A stretch of 64,000 nt of DNA, from assembly GCA_963761335.1 (NCBI GenBank), contig CAVXGR010000005.1, positions 408,980 to 472,979 of the forward strand. The letters are read 5' to 3'. Of this stretch, positions 1-8,992 are shown one piece after another. The position numbers were made by a program, and so were the translations under genes. This DNA is from an uncultured delta proteobacterium (lineage in GTDB: Bacteria > Desulfobacterota > Binatia > HRBIN30 > BPIQ01). The notes under the pieces were generated by a model. The model was given only the letters and a program-made list of their open reading frames with translations. It was not told the origin of the DNA and made no database searches. Each line of letters starts with the position of its first letter. Within the stretch, counting starts at the first letter, position 1.

Positions 1-34
1 CGGCCGCAGCGGCATCGAGATCGAGCGCTTCTGA
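1..34 (+). CDS. 3' end of a gene entering from upstream of the window
   Basis: GC3-rich codons reading GRSGIEIERF then TGA at 32-34; product unknown. Confidence 0.4.
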   Translation, partial: GRSGIEIERF

Positions 35-137
35 GTCGCCGCGCCCCGGCGCCCTTGCCTTGTCGCCGCCGATCGGTAGATTGCGGCTGATCGCGCTCGC
101 CTGGCGGCGCGCACTGCTGGATCGTTCGGAGGACACA

Positions 138-461
138 ATGGCGAAGGTGTGGTTCGTGTGCCGAGAGGGCGTGCGCTGGAAGGCTCCCGGCGCCGCGCCG
201 GCGTACGAGAGGCCGCTGGGTGAGCTGGTCTTCAAGCTCGACCTCGGATGGCAGCGGCGCCTGCCGGCGACCAACCGCCCCGATCCGCTTCCGGGATCTC
301 CTCCGGCAGATCTGCGGCAGGTGGAGAAGGTCTTCGTCGAGGTGACCAACTCCGATCTCGAGGGAGCCCTCTTCCCGGGGTACCAGCCCGGGTGGTACGA
401 CTCCCCTTACTCTCCCGCGGAGGCGGTGCGGCGTCTGGGGCCGCCGCGCTGGGTGGCGTGA
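138..461 (+). CDS. hypothetical protein (107 aa)
   Basis: GGAGGA RBS before ATG 138; MAKVWFVCREG...; typical codon usage. Confidence 0.75.
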   Translation: MAKVWFVCREGVRWKAPGAAPAYERPLGELVFKLDLGWQRRLPATNRPDPLPGSPPADLRQVEKVFVEVTNSDLEGALFPGYQPGWYDSPYSPAEAVRRLGPPRWVA

Positions 462-462
462 C

Positions 463-894
463 TCAGGGCGTCGGCGTGGCGGCCGGGAGGTCCTGGATCC
501 GCGACACCAGGAACCGCCGCACGCCGATGCGCAGAATTCCGAGCAGGCGAATCTTCTGACCCGGCGGGGCCGCGGTGAGCTGCTTCAGGGTGACCTCGGG
601 TCCATTGATCTGAAAATTGCCGTGGTAGGGCTCGGCGGCTTGGAGCACGTCCCAGTAGGCGAGGTTGCCGGTGAGCACGCGCAGCTCGGTGATGTAGAGC
701 GGGCGGCCTTTACCCTCAGCGGTCAGCTTCCAGGTGGCGGCGACCGGCTCGCCGGCGGGCTTGCTGTCGAGGTAACCGTCGATGCGCACCTGCAGAGGAG
801 CCGACAGCGGCAGGTGCCGCCTCATCTGGGCAGTGGCGCTGCCGGCAGTGCCGAGCGCCACCACGGTGGCGATGACGATCAGGGTGGCTCTCAT
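463..894 (-). CDS. secreted hypothetical protein (143 aa)
   Basis: C-terminal part of ORF 463..2598; signal peptide MRATLIVIATVVALGTAGSATA; purine-rich RBS. Confidence 0.75.
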   Translation of the reverse strand: MRATLIVIATVVALGTAGSATAQMRRHLPLSAPLQVRIDGYLDSKPAGEPVAATWKLTAEGKGRPLYITELRVLTGNLAYWDVLQAAEPYHGNFQINGPEVTLKQLTAAPPGQKIRLLGILRIGVRRFLVSRIQDLPAATPTP

Positions 895-935
895 CTCTCC
901 ATTCACCTCGGGTGGCTCGCCCCGGCCGCTGCTCT

Positions 936-3485
936 TCAGGCGGCGGCGGCTAGCTGCTGGCGCAGCGCCTGCAGCACGTGGCGCAGATCCTCCGCAGTGC
1001 ACGGCTTTGCCAGGGCCGGCTGCGGCGGCAGCTCGTCGCGCATGCCGCGGCCGCGCCACAGGCCGCCGGTCACGAAAATGATTCGCCGCGCCTGCGAGGG
1101 ACGCGAGGTGGCGAGCTGCTCGTAGACCTGCGGTCCGGAGAGGTCGGGCAGACGGACATCGAGGAAGACGGCATCGAAGGTGGGGTCGTTGCGCAGGCGG
1201 CTCAGGGCTTCCTGGCCGGAGGAGACGTATTGGACGTGGTGCCCTTGCTGTTGCAGCATCTCGACGAGAATCGCGGCGACGCTGGCGTCGTCGTCGACCA
1301 CCAGGACGCGGCCGCCCTCTGCCGGCAGAACCGCGGGCAGGCGCAGCGTGAAGCGGGTACCTTGTGACGCCGCGCTGTCGACCGCGAGCTCGCCGCCGTG
1401 GGCACGCATGATCTGGTAGCTGACGCTCAGACCGAGGCCGGTGCCCTTGCTCTTGGTGGTGAAGAAGGGATCGAAGATGCGGCGTATGTGATCGGCAGCG
1501 ATGCCGGGCCCGGTATCGACCACGTCGATCAGCACGTCGCGATCCACCGCGCTCGCCTTGATCTTCAGCGTGCCGCCGGCGGGCGACATCGCCTGCTGCG
1601 CATTGGTGATCAGGTTCACCAGCACCTGCTGGACCTGCTTGGGATCGGCCCAGACGGGTGGCAGGTCGGCGGGGATGTCGACCTCGACGGCGATGCTTGC
1701 CGTGTCGAGGTCGTATCTCTTCAGCCCCAGAGTTTCCTCGATCAGCTCGCGGACGGGTGTTTCCCGGGTCGTGGGCGGCTGCGGCCGCGCGAATCCGAGG
1801 AGGCCCTGAACGATGGCGGCGATGCGATTTCCCTCGGTGCCCACCAGGCGTAGCGCCGCGCGCAGCTCGTCCGGGTCGCTGTCCGTCTCCGCCCTCTCCG
1901 ACTGGCCGAGGATGCCGACCAGGGCGTTGTTCACCTCGTGGGCAATGCCAGCCGCCATCTCGCCGGCGGCCGCCAGGCGTTCGGCGCGCTGCAGCCGTTC
2001 GTCCATGCGCTTGCGATCCGAGACGTCGTCGAGAATCGCCACCACGCCCTTCACCTTGCCCTCCTCGTCGTGAATCAGGCTGGTGTCGAGCAGCAGGTGA
2101 AAGGGCGTGCCGTCCCTCCGCTGCGCCACGGTCTCGCCGCGGTAGCTGGTGTGCGAGCGCACGGCGCGGGCGACGTCGGCGAGCCAGAGGCCGGAGATGT
2201 TGTCTGCCAGAATGCGCGCGTCGCGGCCTTCGATCTCGTCGCGGCTGTAGTTGAAGAGTGCCAGGAAGGCGGGGTTGGCGTGCAGGACGCGGCCCCGGGG
2301 GTCGGTGATCAGCAGCCCCTCGCCGGTGCTGTTGATCGCCTGCTCGAGAAGCAGGGCGTGCTCGGCCATCTGGGCGCGCTGGCAGGCGGCCGCCACCTGC
2401 GCGGCGACGCCATCGGCGATGCGGATCTCTTCCTCGGTGAACGTCGTCGCACCCCGGCGGCGCCCCAGGAGAAGGACGCCGAAGTACTGTCTGATGCTGA
2501 GCAGCGGCGCCAGCAGCAGCGGCATGAACTCTTCCGGGCCCAGCGGAGTCCCCTGAACGCGCGATACCACCGAGCAGCGACCCAGCGTCCGCACCCACTG
2601 GAGGTCGGGCGCCTGCTCCGGTCTCAGCCGCACCGCACGAAAGGCCTTCGCGGTCTCCTCGTCGACGCCGGCGAGGATGCTGCCGCGATACTCCCCCTGG
2701 CGGTCGTTCCAGGTGATGACGCCGCAGTAGTCGATCTCGGTCACCTTGAGAACCGTGTCCGCCACCTCCGCGAGCAGCGCGTCCAGCTTGGTGAACTTCC
2801 CGGCGGCATCGTTGATCAGGAGCAGCCTGCCGGCGACGGCAGCCGCCCGGTTTTCGCGGTCGGCCGCCGCCTTCGCCTTGTCGCGCTCCAGCCGCAGCGC
2901 TCTCTCCTGGCGGCGGATCATGCGCCGGAAGCGCACCGAGCCGACCAGAAGCATGAGCAGCAGGGCGGCGTTGGCACCCATGCGTACCTTCTCCTCGCGG
3001 TCGGGAGCGACGAGAGGCGTCATCGCCTCACTGGGCGAGAGGACGAAGAAGCTGGCGGCCACGAGCCCGGCGAGCGAGCCGACGATGCTGATGATGCCGG
3101 TCTCGAAGCTGTAGATGAAGGTGTAGCCGGCGATCTTCAGCAGGTAGATCAGCACCATCGGGCTGGCGAGATCCCCGGAGGCGTGCACCACGATGGTGAT
3201 CGGCACCAGGTTGGCGATGATGTCTGCCGCCACCAGCCGCAGCGTCACTTGCCCGACGAGATAGCGGCGCGCCAGAAACATATTGGCCAGCAGGTAGGCG
3301 ACCAGGGCGACCGGAACAATCAGCTGCAGTCGAGGTCGACCCCGGCTGTAGACCTCGTTGAAGACGATCCACGCCGCCAGGCCCTCGAGGACCCGCAACA
3401 CCAGCATCCAGACCGCTGTGTCGCGGATCAGCTCGCGGTTCAGACCGTTGTTGAGAGCCCGTATCCTCTGTCTCAGGCGCAGCAC
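936..3485 (-). CDS. membrane hybrid sensor histidine kinase (TM helices, GAF, PAS, HisKA, HATPase, receiver)
   Basis: AHEVNN H-box, NLITNA, DTGPGI, FDPFFTTK, GTGLGL; C-terminal VLVVDDD...FLDVRLP receiver. Confidence 0.95.
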   Translation of the reverse strand: MLRLRQRIRALNNGLNRELIRDTAVWMLVLRVLEGLAAWIVFNEVYSRGRPRLQLIVPVALVAYLLANMFLARRYLVGQVTLRLVAADIIANLVPITIVVHASGDLASPMVLIYLLKIAGYTFIYSFETGIISIVGSLAGLVAASFFVLSPSEAMTPLVAPDREEKVRMGANAALLLMLLVGSVRFRRMIRRQERALRLERDKAKAAADRENRAAAVAGRLLLINDAAGKFTKLDALLAEVADTVLKVTEIDYCGVITWNDRQGEYRGSILAGVDEETAKAFRAVRLRPEQAPDLQWVRTLGRCSVVSRVQGTPLGPEEFMPLLLAPLLSIRQYFGVLLLGRRRGATTFTEEEIRIADGVAAQVAAACQRAQMAEHALLLEQAINSTGEGLLITDPRGRVLHANPAFLALFNYSRDEIEGRDARILADNISGLWLADVARAVRSHTSYRGETVAQRRDGTPFHLLLDTSLIHDEEGKVKGVVAILDDVSDRKRMDERLQRAERLAAAGEMAAGIAHEVNNALVGILGQSERAETDSDPDELRAALRLVGTEGNRIAAIVQGLLGFARPQPPTTRETPVRELIEETLGLKRYDLDTASIAVEVDIPADLPPVWADPKQVQQVLVNLITNAQQAMSPAGGTLKIKASAVDRDVLIDVVDTGPGIAADHIRRIFDPFFTTKSKGTGLGLSVSYQIMRAHGGELAVDSAASQGTRFTLRLPAVLPAEGGRVLVVDDDASVAAILVEMLQQQGHHVQYVSSGQEALSRLRNDPTFDAVFLDVRLPDLSGPQVYEQLATSRPSQARRIIFVTGGLWRGRGMRDELPPQPALAKPCTAEDLRHVLQALRQQLAAAA

Positions 3486-3500
3486 GTCGACTCAGAAAGC

Positions 3501-3529
3501 ACTGTACTGCCAGTTGTCCCCCCCGGCAA
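3501..3529 (-). promoter_or_regulatory. sigma70-type promoter of the histidine kinase
   Basis: TTGCCG-17 nt-TACAGT on minus strand, 15 nt before the GTG start. Confidence 0.55.
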
Positions 3530-3568
3530 GATTGCGGATTCGCAGGACAGAGGGTGAACCCCCGGCCA

Positions 3569-4041
3569 GTAGAAGCGCCGTCCCGGCGCTTCCGAAGCGG
3601 CGAGACGCCGCTTCTACCTGGCCCGGGTGCCGGCGGGGTCGTTGTTGCCCAGGTAGAAGCGGCGTCGCGGCGCTTTCCGAAGCGGCAAGACGCCGCTTCT
3701 ACCCGGCCCGGGTGCCGGCGGGATCGTCGTTGCCCCGGTAGAAGCGCCGACCCGGCGCTTCCGAAGCGGCGAGACGCCGCTTCTACTTGGCCCGGGTGCC
3801 GGCAGGGTCGTTGTCGCCCAGGTAGAAGCGCCGTCGCGGCGCTTCCCGAAGCGGCGAGACGCCGCTTCTACGCGGCCCGGGTGCCGGCAGGGTCGTTGTT
3901 GCCCAGGTAGAAGCGCCGTCGCGGCGCTTTCCGAAGCGGCGAGACGCCGCTTCTACCTGGCCCGGGTGCCGGCGGGATCGTTGTTGCCCAGGTAGAAGCG
4001 CCGTCGCGGCGCTTCCCGAAGCGGCGAGACGCCGCTTCTAC
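3569..4041. repeat. array of six GTAG-type REP doublets (REPIN/BIME-like), ~85 bp period
   Basis: GTAGAAGCGCCGTC(G/C)CGGCGCTT(T)CCGAAGCGGCGAGACGCCGCTTCTAC starting 3569, 3653, 3738, 3822, 3907, 3992, with near-identical ~35 bp linkers. Confidence 0.9.
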
Positions 4042-4064
4042 CTGGCCCGCGGGCCGATATCGAG

Positions 4065-4589
4065 CTACTTCTCGTCCTTCGGCGGGCAGGGCTTGAAGTG
4101 CTCCGGCAGCATGTAGAGAGCGTAATAGGGCTGCGGCGCGTCCTTCTTCAAATGTCGCTTGCCGAGGTCGAGAGAGATCGGTTGATCGGATTTGCGTTCC
4201 TCGGTCGCCCCCATGACCATGCGGAAGTAGCCGGTCGCCGCGCTGCGCGTCTTCACCGTCCAGCCGTTGGGCAGGTACATCTGGATCAGTTGATCCTTCA
4301 CCGGCTCGCCCTTCTCGTCCACGAGAGTACCGGTGATCACCACGTCGTAGGGATGCGGGATGAACGTTCCCCAATTGGCATCGATCAGGCACTGTCCACA
4401 GCGATCCTTACCGATCTTGCTCGCATCGCTGCCGCCGAAGGTCGTGCCCGGCTGCGGGCAGTCGACGATGACCGCATACGTATGGCCGGAGTCGTCCTTC
4501 AACCGCATGCCGTCAGTGATCGTGATCGCAGCTCCCGCTGCGGTCGTGGTCAGGACGTAAACGGCGAGCACTGCCATCCACCAACGCAT
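4065..4589 (-). CDS. secreted hypothetical protein (174 aa) with a possible carboxypeptidase-regulatory-like beta domain
   Basis: AAGGAGG RBS; signal peptide MRWWMAVLAVYVLTTTAAGA; ITGTLVDEKGEPV motif; 4 Cys. Confidence 0.8.
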   Translation of the reverse strand: MRWWMAVLAVYVLTTTAAGAAITITDGMRLKDDSGHTYAVIVDCPQPGTTFGGSDASKIGKDRCGQCLIDANWGTFIPHPYDVVITGTLVDEKGEPVKDQLIQMYLPNGWTVKTRSAATGYFRMVMGATEERKSDQPISLDLGKRHLKKDAPQPYYALYMLPEHFKPCPPKDEK

Positions 4590-4698
4590 CAAACAACCCT
4601 CCTTCTCCCGCGGGCCTTGCCCGCGGATCAGCCTCGAGATCAAAGCTGGACTCCTATACTGCATCGGCGCCCGAGGCAACGCCGAACGGCGGCGGCCG

Positions 4699-5115
4699 TC
4701 AGGAGAAGAGCCGGCGGTACTCGATCGCCGGGCAGCGGTCCATCACCACCGTCAGCCCGGCGGCGCGGGCTCGGTTGGCGGCGGCCTCGTCGATGACCCC
4801 CAGCTGCATCCACACCGCCGAGACGCCCCTCAAGATCGCCTCGTCGACGATGGCGGCGACGTACTCGGGGCGCCGGAAGATGTCGACCATGTCGATCGGC
4901 TCGGGCACGTCGCGCAGCGACGGATAGCAGCGCTGGCCGAGGATCTCGCTCTCGCGGGGATTCACCGGCACGACGCGGTGGCCCCTGTGCATCAGCAGGG
5001 CGGCGATGTGATTGCTGTCGCGGGACGGATCCGCGGAGCAGCCGACGACGGCGATGGTGAGTGACCGCGAGAGGAGGGCGCGGATCTCGTCGTCGCCTGG
5101 ATTCTGAAAGGCCAT
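4699..5115 (-). CDS. CoA-binding protein (YccU-like)
   Basis: TIAVVGCS..PSRDS, PVNP, IDMVDIFR, VWMQLG, VVMDRC. Confidence 0.93.
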   Translation of the reverse strand: MAFQNPGDDEIRALLSRSLTIAVVGCSADPSRDSNHIAALLMHRGHRVVPVNPRESEILGQRCYPSLRDVPEPIDMVDIFRRPEYVAAIVDEAILRGVSAVWMQLGVIDEAAANRARAAGLTVVMDRCPAIEYRRLFS

Positions 5116-5148
5116 CGCCGCCGAGCCTAGCAGCGGCGGGGACCGCTG

Positions 5149-6477
5149 TCAGGAGGGGCGGTGCAGCGCCGCAGCGATCGCCGCAGCCAGGCGCCGGCGG
5201 GCAGGGGCATCGAGGCCGGGGATGTCGGCGCCGGAAAGGCTCGCCTCGATATCGGAACCGAGCTGCGCCGCGCCGGCGAGCGGGCGTGCCGCCGCCAGCT
5301 CGGCGACCAGGCGACCGCTGAGCTCGGCGACCACGCGGCGCAGCGACTCGAGGTCGGCGGCGGTCGCCACCGGCGGCGCGGCGCGCTGGATCTGCTTGGC
5401 GTCCTCGATCATTTCGGCGAAGAGGTCGGCGACGGCGCGCGGATCCAAGCCGGCGGCGCGCGCGGCGGTGCGGGTGTGCTCGAGCACGCGATTTTCCTGG
5501 GCGCGGTCCTCGATCGGCAGCTGGTGCAGGCGCTTGGCCGCGGCGATCCACGGCATCAGCCCGAGGCGCTGCTCGATGAGCGACACCAGCGCCTCGACGC
5601 GCCGTTGCGCCGGAGACAGGTCGCCGGTCGTCCCCAGGTGCAGCCGCCGCAGGCCATCGAGCCAGCCGTCCTCCTCGCGCGCCGCGAGCCAGCGATCGAC
5701 GGCGTCGCGCAGCTGGCTGTCGCCGCGGCGCACCAGAATCGCCTTGCGAGCGCGCCCCAGCTCCGCGAGTGTCATCAGGCCTCCGGCAGCGAGGAAGTGC
5801 GGCGCCTCCATCGAGTCGGAGACCACCGCGTCGACCTCGCCGCGCCGCAGCCGCAGGCCGAGCGAGGTGTTGTCGTCGATCGGGACGATCTGTGCGCGCC
5901 GAAAGGCGGCGCGGACGACGCTCTCCAGATAGCCGCCGCGGTTGACGCCGAGGCGCGCGCCGGCAGTGTCGAGATCGCGGCCGGCGGCGAAGCGGAGCCG
6001 ATCGGTGGCGCGGATCAGGATCAAGGTCCGGCTGACCGCGTAGGGGCGGCTGAACGAGCCGACGAGAAGGCGGTCCGGTCGAATGGTGATGCCGCTTGCG
6101 GCCAGCTCGAAGCTCCCGCCGGCAAGATCCGAGCGCAGATTCGGCCAGCGAAAGAGAACCAGATCCACGGGACGTCCGAGGTCTTGCCCCAGACGGCGGA
6201 GCAGATCGATGTCGAAGCCCTGCAGCTCACCGCCGGCGGCGGCGCTCGAGAACGGCGGGTAGTCGCCGCTCGTCCCGGCGCAAAGAGGTGATGCGGCCGC
6301 GCCGGCCGCGCTCCCGGGGAGCACGGTGCCGCTGCCTGCGGCCGGGGTTTTGTTCGCCGTATCCAGCGGCGGTGCCGGCGAGGCCGGCGCCGCAGTGAGC
6401 CCCGGCGCTGCGGAACAGAGGAGCGCCAGAAGTCCCAGGAAAGCGCCGCAGGCGGTGCGGCGCAGTCCCGCGGCCAT
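5149..6477 (-). CDS. exported cyclohexadienyl dehydratase (PheC-like binding-protein fold) fused to an AroQ-gamma chorismate mutase
   Basis: signal peptide; GTSGDYPPFS, GFDIDL, VNRGG, SDSME; C-terminal RLGLMPWIAAAK..LPIED..E..VL. Confidence 0.8.
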   Translation of the reverse strand: MAAGLRRTACGAFLGLLALLCSAAPGLTAAPASPAPPLDTANKTPAAGSGTVLPGSAAGAAASPLCAGTSGDYPPFSSAAAGGELQGFDIDLLRRLGQDLGRPVDLVLFRWPNLRSDLAGGSFELAASGITIRPDRLLVGSFSRPYAVSRTLILIRATDRLRFAAGRDLDTAGARLGVNRGGYLESVVRAAFRRAQIVPIDDNTSLGLRLRRGEVDAVVSDSMEAPHFLAAGGLMTLAELGRARKAILVRRGDSQLRDAVDRWLAAREEDGWLDGLRRLHLGTTGDLSPAQRRVEALVSLIEQRLGLMPWIAAAKRLHQLPIEDRAQENRVLEHTRTAARAAGLDPRAVADLFAEMIEDAKQIQRAAPPVATAADLESLRRVVAELSGRLVAELAAARPLAGAAQLGSDIEASLSGADIPGLDAPARRRLAAAIAAALHRPS

Positions 6478-6574
6478 CCCTTTCGCTCGCTGCTGGCGGT
6501 CTCTTGGCTCGGCGGCGCGGCCCATGGAAAGGCCCCTTGACACGGGGCGGGGGCGCCAGGCAAGACCGAGGCGA

Positions 6575-7132
6575 ATGGCCTACCTGACACAGAAGGAATT
6601 CCACGAGCTGGTGCAGATGATGGCGGCGGAGATGGGCCTGCAGCGGCTGCGCGACAAGCTCGTGCGCTTCAATGCTCTCGTCGGTCGCCGCGGCGTCAGC
6701 TCGGCCGACGTTCTCGCGAACCAGCTCTACATGCTGACCTCCGGACTCCGCAAGCAGGTGCCGGCGAGCATTGCCGTGCACGGCGTGTGGGGCGAGATGC
6801 TCGGCGCCAAGCTCGGCGAGGACAGCGAGAAGAGCTTCGAGGAGCTCGCCAAGGACGTCAACGCCTGCCTCGACGACTCGGAGAAGATCCTTCCCGACAA
6901 GAGCGCGGATCTCGAAGAGGCTCTCGGAGCCTACGCCCAGGCACTGTCGGCGAAGGTCGGGCGCGAGGCGGCATACTTGGACATGCTGCTGAAAGCCGTG
7001 CCGCCGGTTGCCGAGATGCTGCGCGCCAAGGGTCTGCCGGAGGCGCCCGCGAAGGAGGGCACGGCCGAAGGGCCCGCCGCCGAGAGCGTCAGCGGAGCCG
7101 GCGAAGGTACGTCCGGCGACAGCGAGCAGTAA
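6575..7132 (+). CDS. hypothetical helical protein
   Basis: MAYLTQKEFHELVQMM...; strong codon bias; TTGACA upstream. Confidence 0.8.
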   Translation: MAYLTQKEFHELVQMMAAEMGLQRLRDKLVRFNALVGRRGVSSADVLANQLYMLTSGLRKQVPASIAVHGVWGEMLGAKLGEDSEKSFEELAKDVNACLDDSEKILPDKSADLEEALGAYAQALSAKVGREAAYLDMLLKAVPPVAEMLRAKGLPEAPAKEGTAEGPAAESVSGAGEGTSGDSEQ

Positions 7133-7150
7133 CCACGGCGGCTGATCCCC

Positions 7151-7876
7151 ATGGGATTGCTGAACGATGCCAGCTCCTTCGCGGCCAGCGCCGTCCGCCT
7201 CGGCCGCGGCCTCTCGCCGCGCCTCACCGCCGCCCAGCGGCAGGGTCCGGAGCAGACGCTCGAGCTCTATGACTTCGAAGGTTGCCCCTTTTGCCGCAAG
7301 GTGCGCGAGGTCCTCTGCGAGCTCGATCTCGACTACCTCGCTCATCCGGTGGCCCACGGCAGCGCGCGGCGCGAGGAGCTGCTCGAAGAGGGCGGGAAGA
7401 TGCAGGTGCCGTATCTCATCGATCCCAACACCGGCACGCGGCTCTACGAGTCCGAGGACATCATCGTCTATCTGAACGAAACCTACGGCGGGGGGCGCCG
7501 CGCCGGCTGGACCCTTCCCGTCCCCGGAATGGTCGACAACCTCGGCTCAATGCTGGCCAGCGGCGCGCGCCTCTGGCGTGGCAGCCGCTGCGTGGCCCCC
7601 AAGCGCGGCGCCTCGCTCGAGCCGCTGATCCTCTACAACATGGAGGGCTCGCCCTACTGCCGCAAGGTGCGCGAGGCGCTCAGCGCCTTCGACCTCGAGC
7701 ATCTGGTCCGCAATCTGCCCAAGGGAAGCCCCAAGCGCGCCGAGCTGGCGCGTCGCGGCGGCAAGGTGCAGGTGCCGTTCCTGGTCGACCCCAACACCGG
7801 GACGGAGATGTACGAGTCGGACGACATCGTCGCCTATCTCGGCCGCCAGTACGGGAAGAGCAAGTTGACGAGCTGA
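7151..7876 (+). CDS. tandem GST-N/glutaredoxin-like domain protein
   Basis: two repeats: CPFCRKVRE and SPYCRKVRE, each followed by GGKxQVPxLxDPNTG..YES.DI. Confidence 0.92.
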   Translation: MGLLNDASSFAASAVRLGRGLSPRLTAAQRQGPEQTLELYDFEGCPFCRKVREVLCELDLDYLAHPVAHGSARREELLEEGGKMQVPYLIDPNTGTRLYESEDIIVYLNETYGGGRRAGWTLPVPGMVDNLGSMLASGARLWRGSRCVAPKRGASLEPLILYNMEGSPYCRKVREALSAFDLEHLVRNLPKGSPKRAELARRGGKVQVPFLVDPNTGTEMYESDDIVAYLGRQYGKSKLTS

Positions 7877-7879
7877 CGC

Positions 7880-7970
7880 GAGGTCAAGAGTTGAAGAGTT
7901 CACGAGTCTACGGGTTCACGGGTTGGCGAGTTGGAAAGCGACAACCCGCAAACCCGATAACCCGACAACC
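7880..7970. repeat. inverted block of degenerate 8-bp tandem repeats between convergent genes
   Basis: ACGGGTTG-like units facing CGACAACC-like units. Confidence 0.7.
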
Positions 7971-7975
7971 TTCTT

Positions 7976-8755
7976 TCAGTGCGTGAACTCGCGCTTCTTG
8001 AGCTCGCGCACGTAGGATGACAGCTTCGGGTCGTTGGCGACGGCGTCGTTCACCTTGATCTCGAACTCCGCCGCCGCCTGCTCGAGCTCGGAGAGGTCGA
8101 ATGGCGTCCCGAGAATCGCCGACAGTCGCATGAGCAGGGCGAGGGCGCCGCGCGGATTCGGCGAGGCGGCGATGTAGTGGGGCAGGGCGGCCCACAGACT
8201 GAGCGTCGGGAGCTGTTGCTCGCGGCAGGCGGCGCTGAGCACGCCGACGATTCCCGTCGGCCCCTCGTAGCGAGTGGGTGTCAGACCGAGACGCGCGATG
8301 ATCTCGGGGTTGCTGGCGAAGCCGCTCACCTGCACCGGCCGCGAGTAGAGGACCTCGGCGAGGAAGCCCCCGAGGGTGATGATCATCTCGGCGCCGCATT
8401 CACGGGCGAGCTGCACCACGGCGGAGCTGAAGGTCCGCCAGCGCATGTGCGGCTCCGGACCGAGACCGAGAATCAGATCGCGTTCCGCTCCGGGCAGCAC
8501 GGCGGCGGAGAAATCGTTCGAGATCCAGATGATCTCGCGCGTCAGCCCCTCGGCCATGCGCACTTGCGGCCGCTGCACGGTGAAATCGTAGAAGTCCTCG
8601 GGATCGATGCTGGCGAACTTCTCGGCGCCGAACTGCCGGGCCAGATAGCGCACCACCGTCGACGCTGCCTCGCCGGCGTCGTTCCACCCGGCAAAAGACA
8701 TGACCACAACCGGGCGGCGCAAGGTCGGCCGGCGATCGAAACGAATCAGCTCCAC
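7976..8755 (-). CDS. PAC2 family (proteasome assembly chaperone-like) protein
   Basis: FAGWNDAGEAAS, FYDF...RP, GPEPHMRW, YEGPTGIVG, WAALPHY. Confidence 0.93.
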   Translation of the reverse strand: MELIRFDRRPTLRRPVVVMSFAGWNDAGEAASTVVRYLARQFGAEKFASIDPEDFYDFTVQRPQVRMAEGLTREIIWISNDFSAAVLPGAERDLILGLGPEPHMRWRTFSSAVVQLARECGAEMIITLGGFLAEVLYSRPVQVSGFASNPEIIARLGLTPTRYEGPTGIVGVLSAACREQQLPTLSLWAALPHYIAASPNPRGALALLMRLSAILGTPFDLSELEQAAAEFEIKVNDAVANDPKLSSYVRELKKREFTH

Positions 8756-8802
8756 GGGCCGTAGTTTCGCAGCGCCCGGGGGAGAAAGGCAAGCCTTACG
8801 GC

Positions 8803-8992
8803 TGGTTTCTCAGTGGCTCGGTGGCTCGGTGGTCGGGTTGTCGAGTTTGCGGGTTGTTCAGTTTGAATGCCGAACCCGACAACTCGCCAACCCGACAACC
8901 TGCGAACCCGGCAACCCCGCCGCGGCATCAACCGAGAAACCGAGCCGCTGGGAAACCGAGCCGCTGGGCCACCGAGCCACCCAGATACCGAG
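8803..8992. repeat. nested inverted 8-bp tandem repeats
   Basis: GGTGGCTC and CGGGTTGT units facing ACAACCCG and CCGAGCCA units. Confidence 0.7.

Noticed and set aside
895..2598. N-terminal 568 aa of the 711-aa ORF
   Set aside because: Arg/Pro/Gly-rich off-frame overlap with the kinase; the real gene starts at 894
3569..4041. CRISPR array
   Set aside because: Spacers are near-identical, units are REP doublets with dispersed singleton copies, and no cas genes are present
4390..4405. CGQC as a heme motif in the secreted protein
   Set aside because: Followed by Leu, not His; more likely a disulfide
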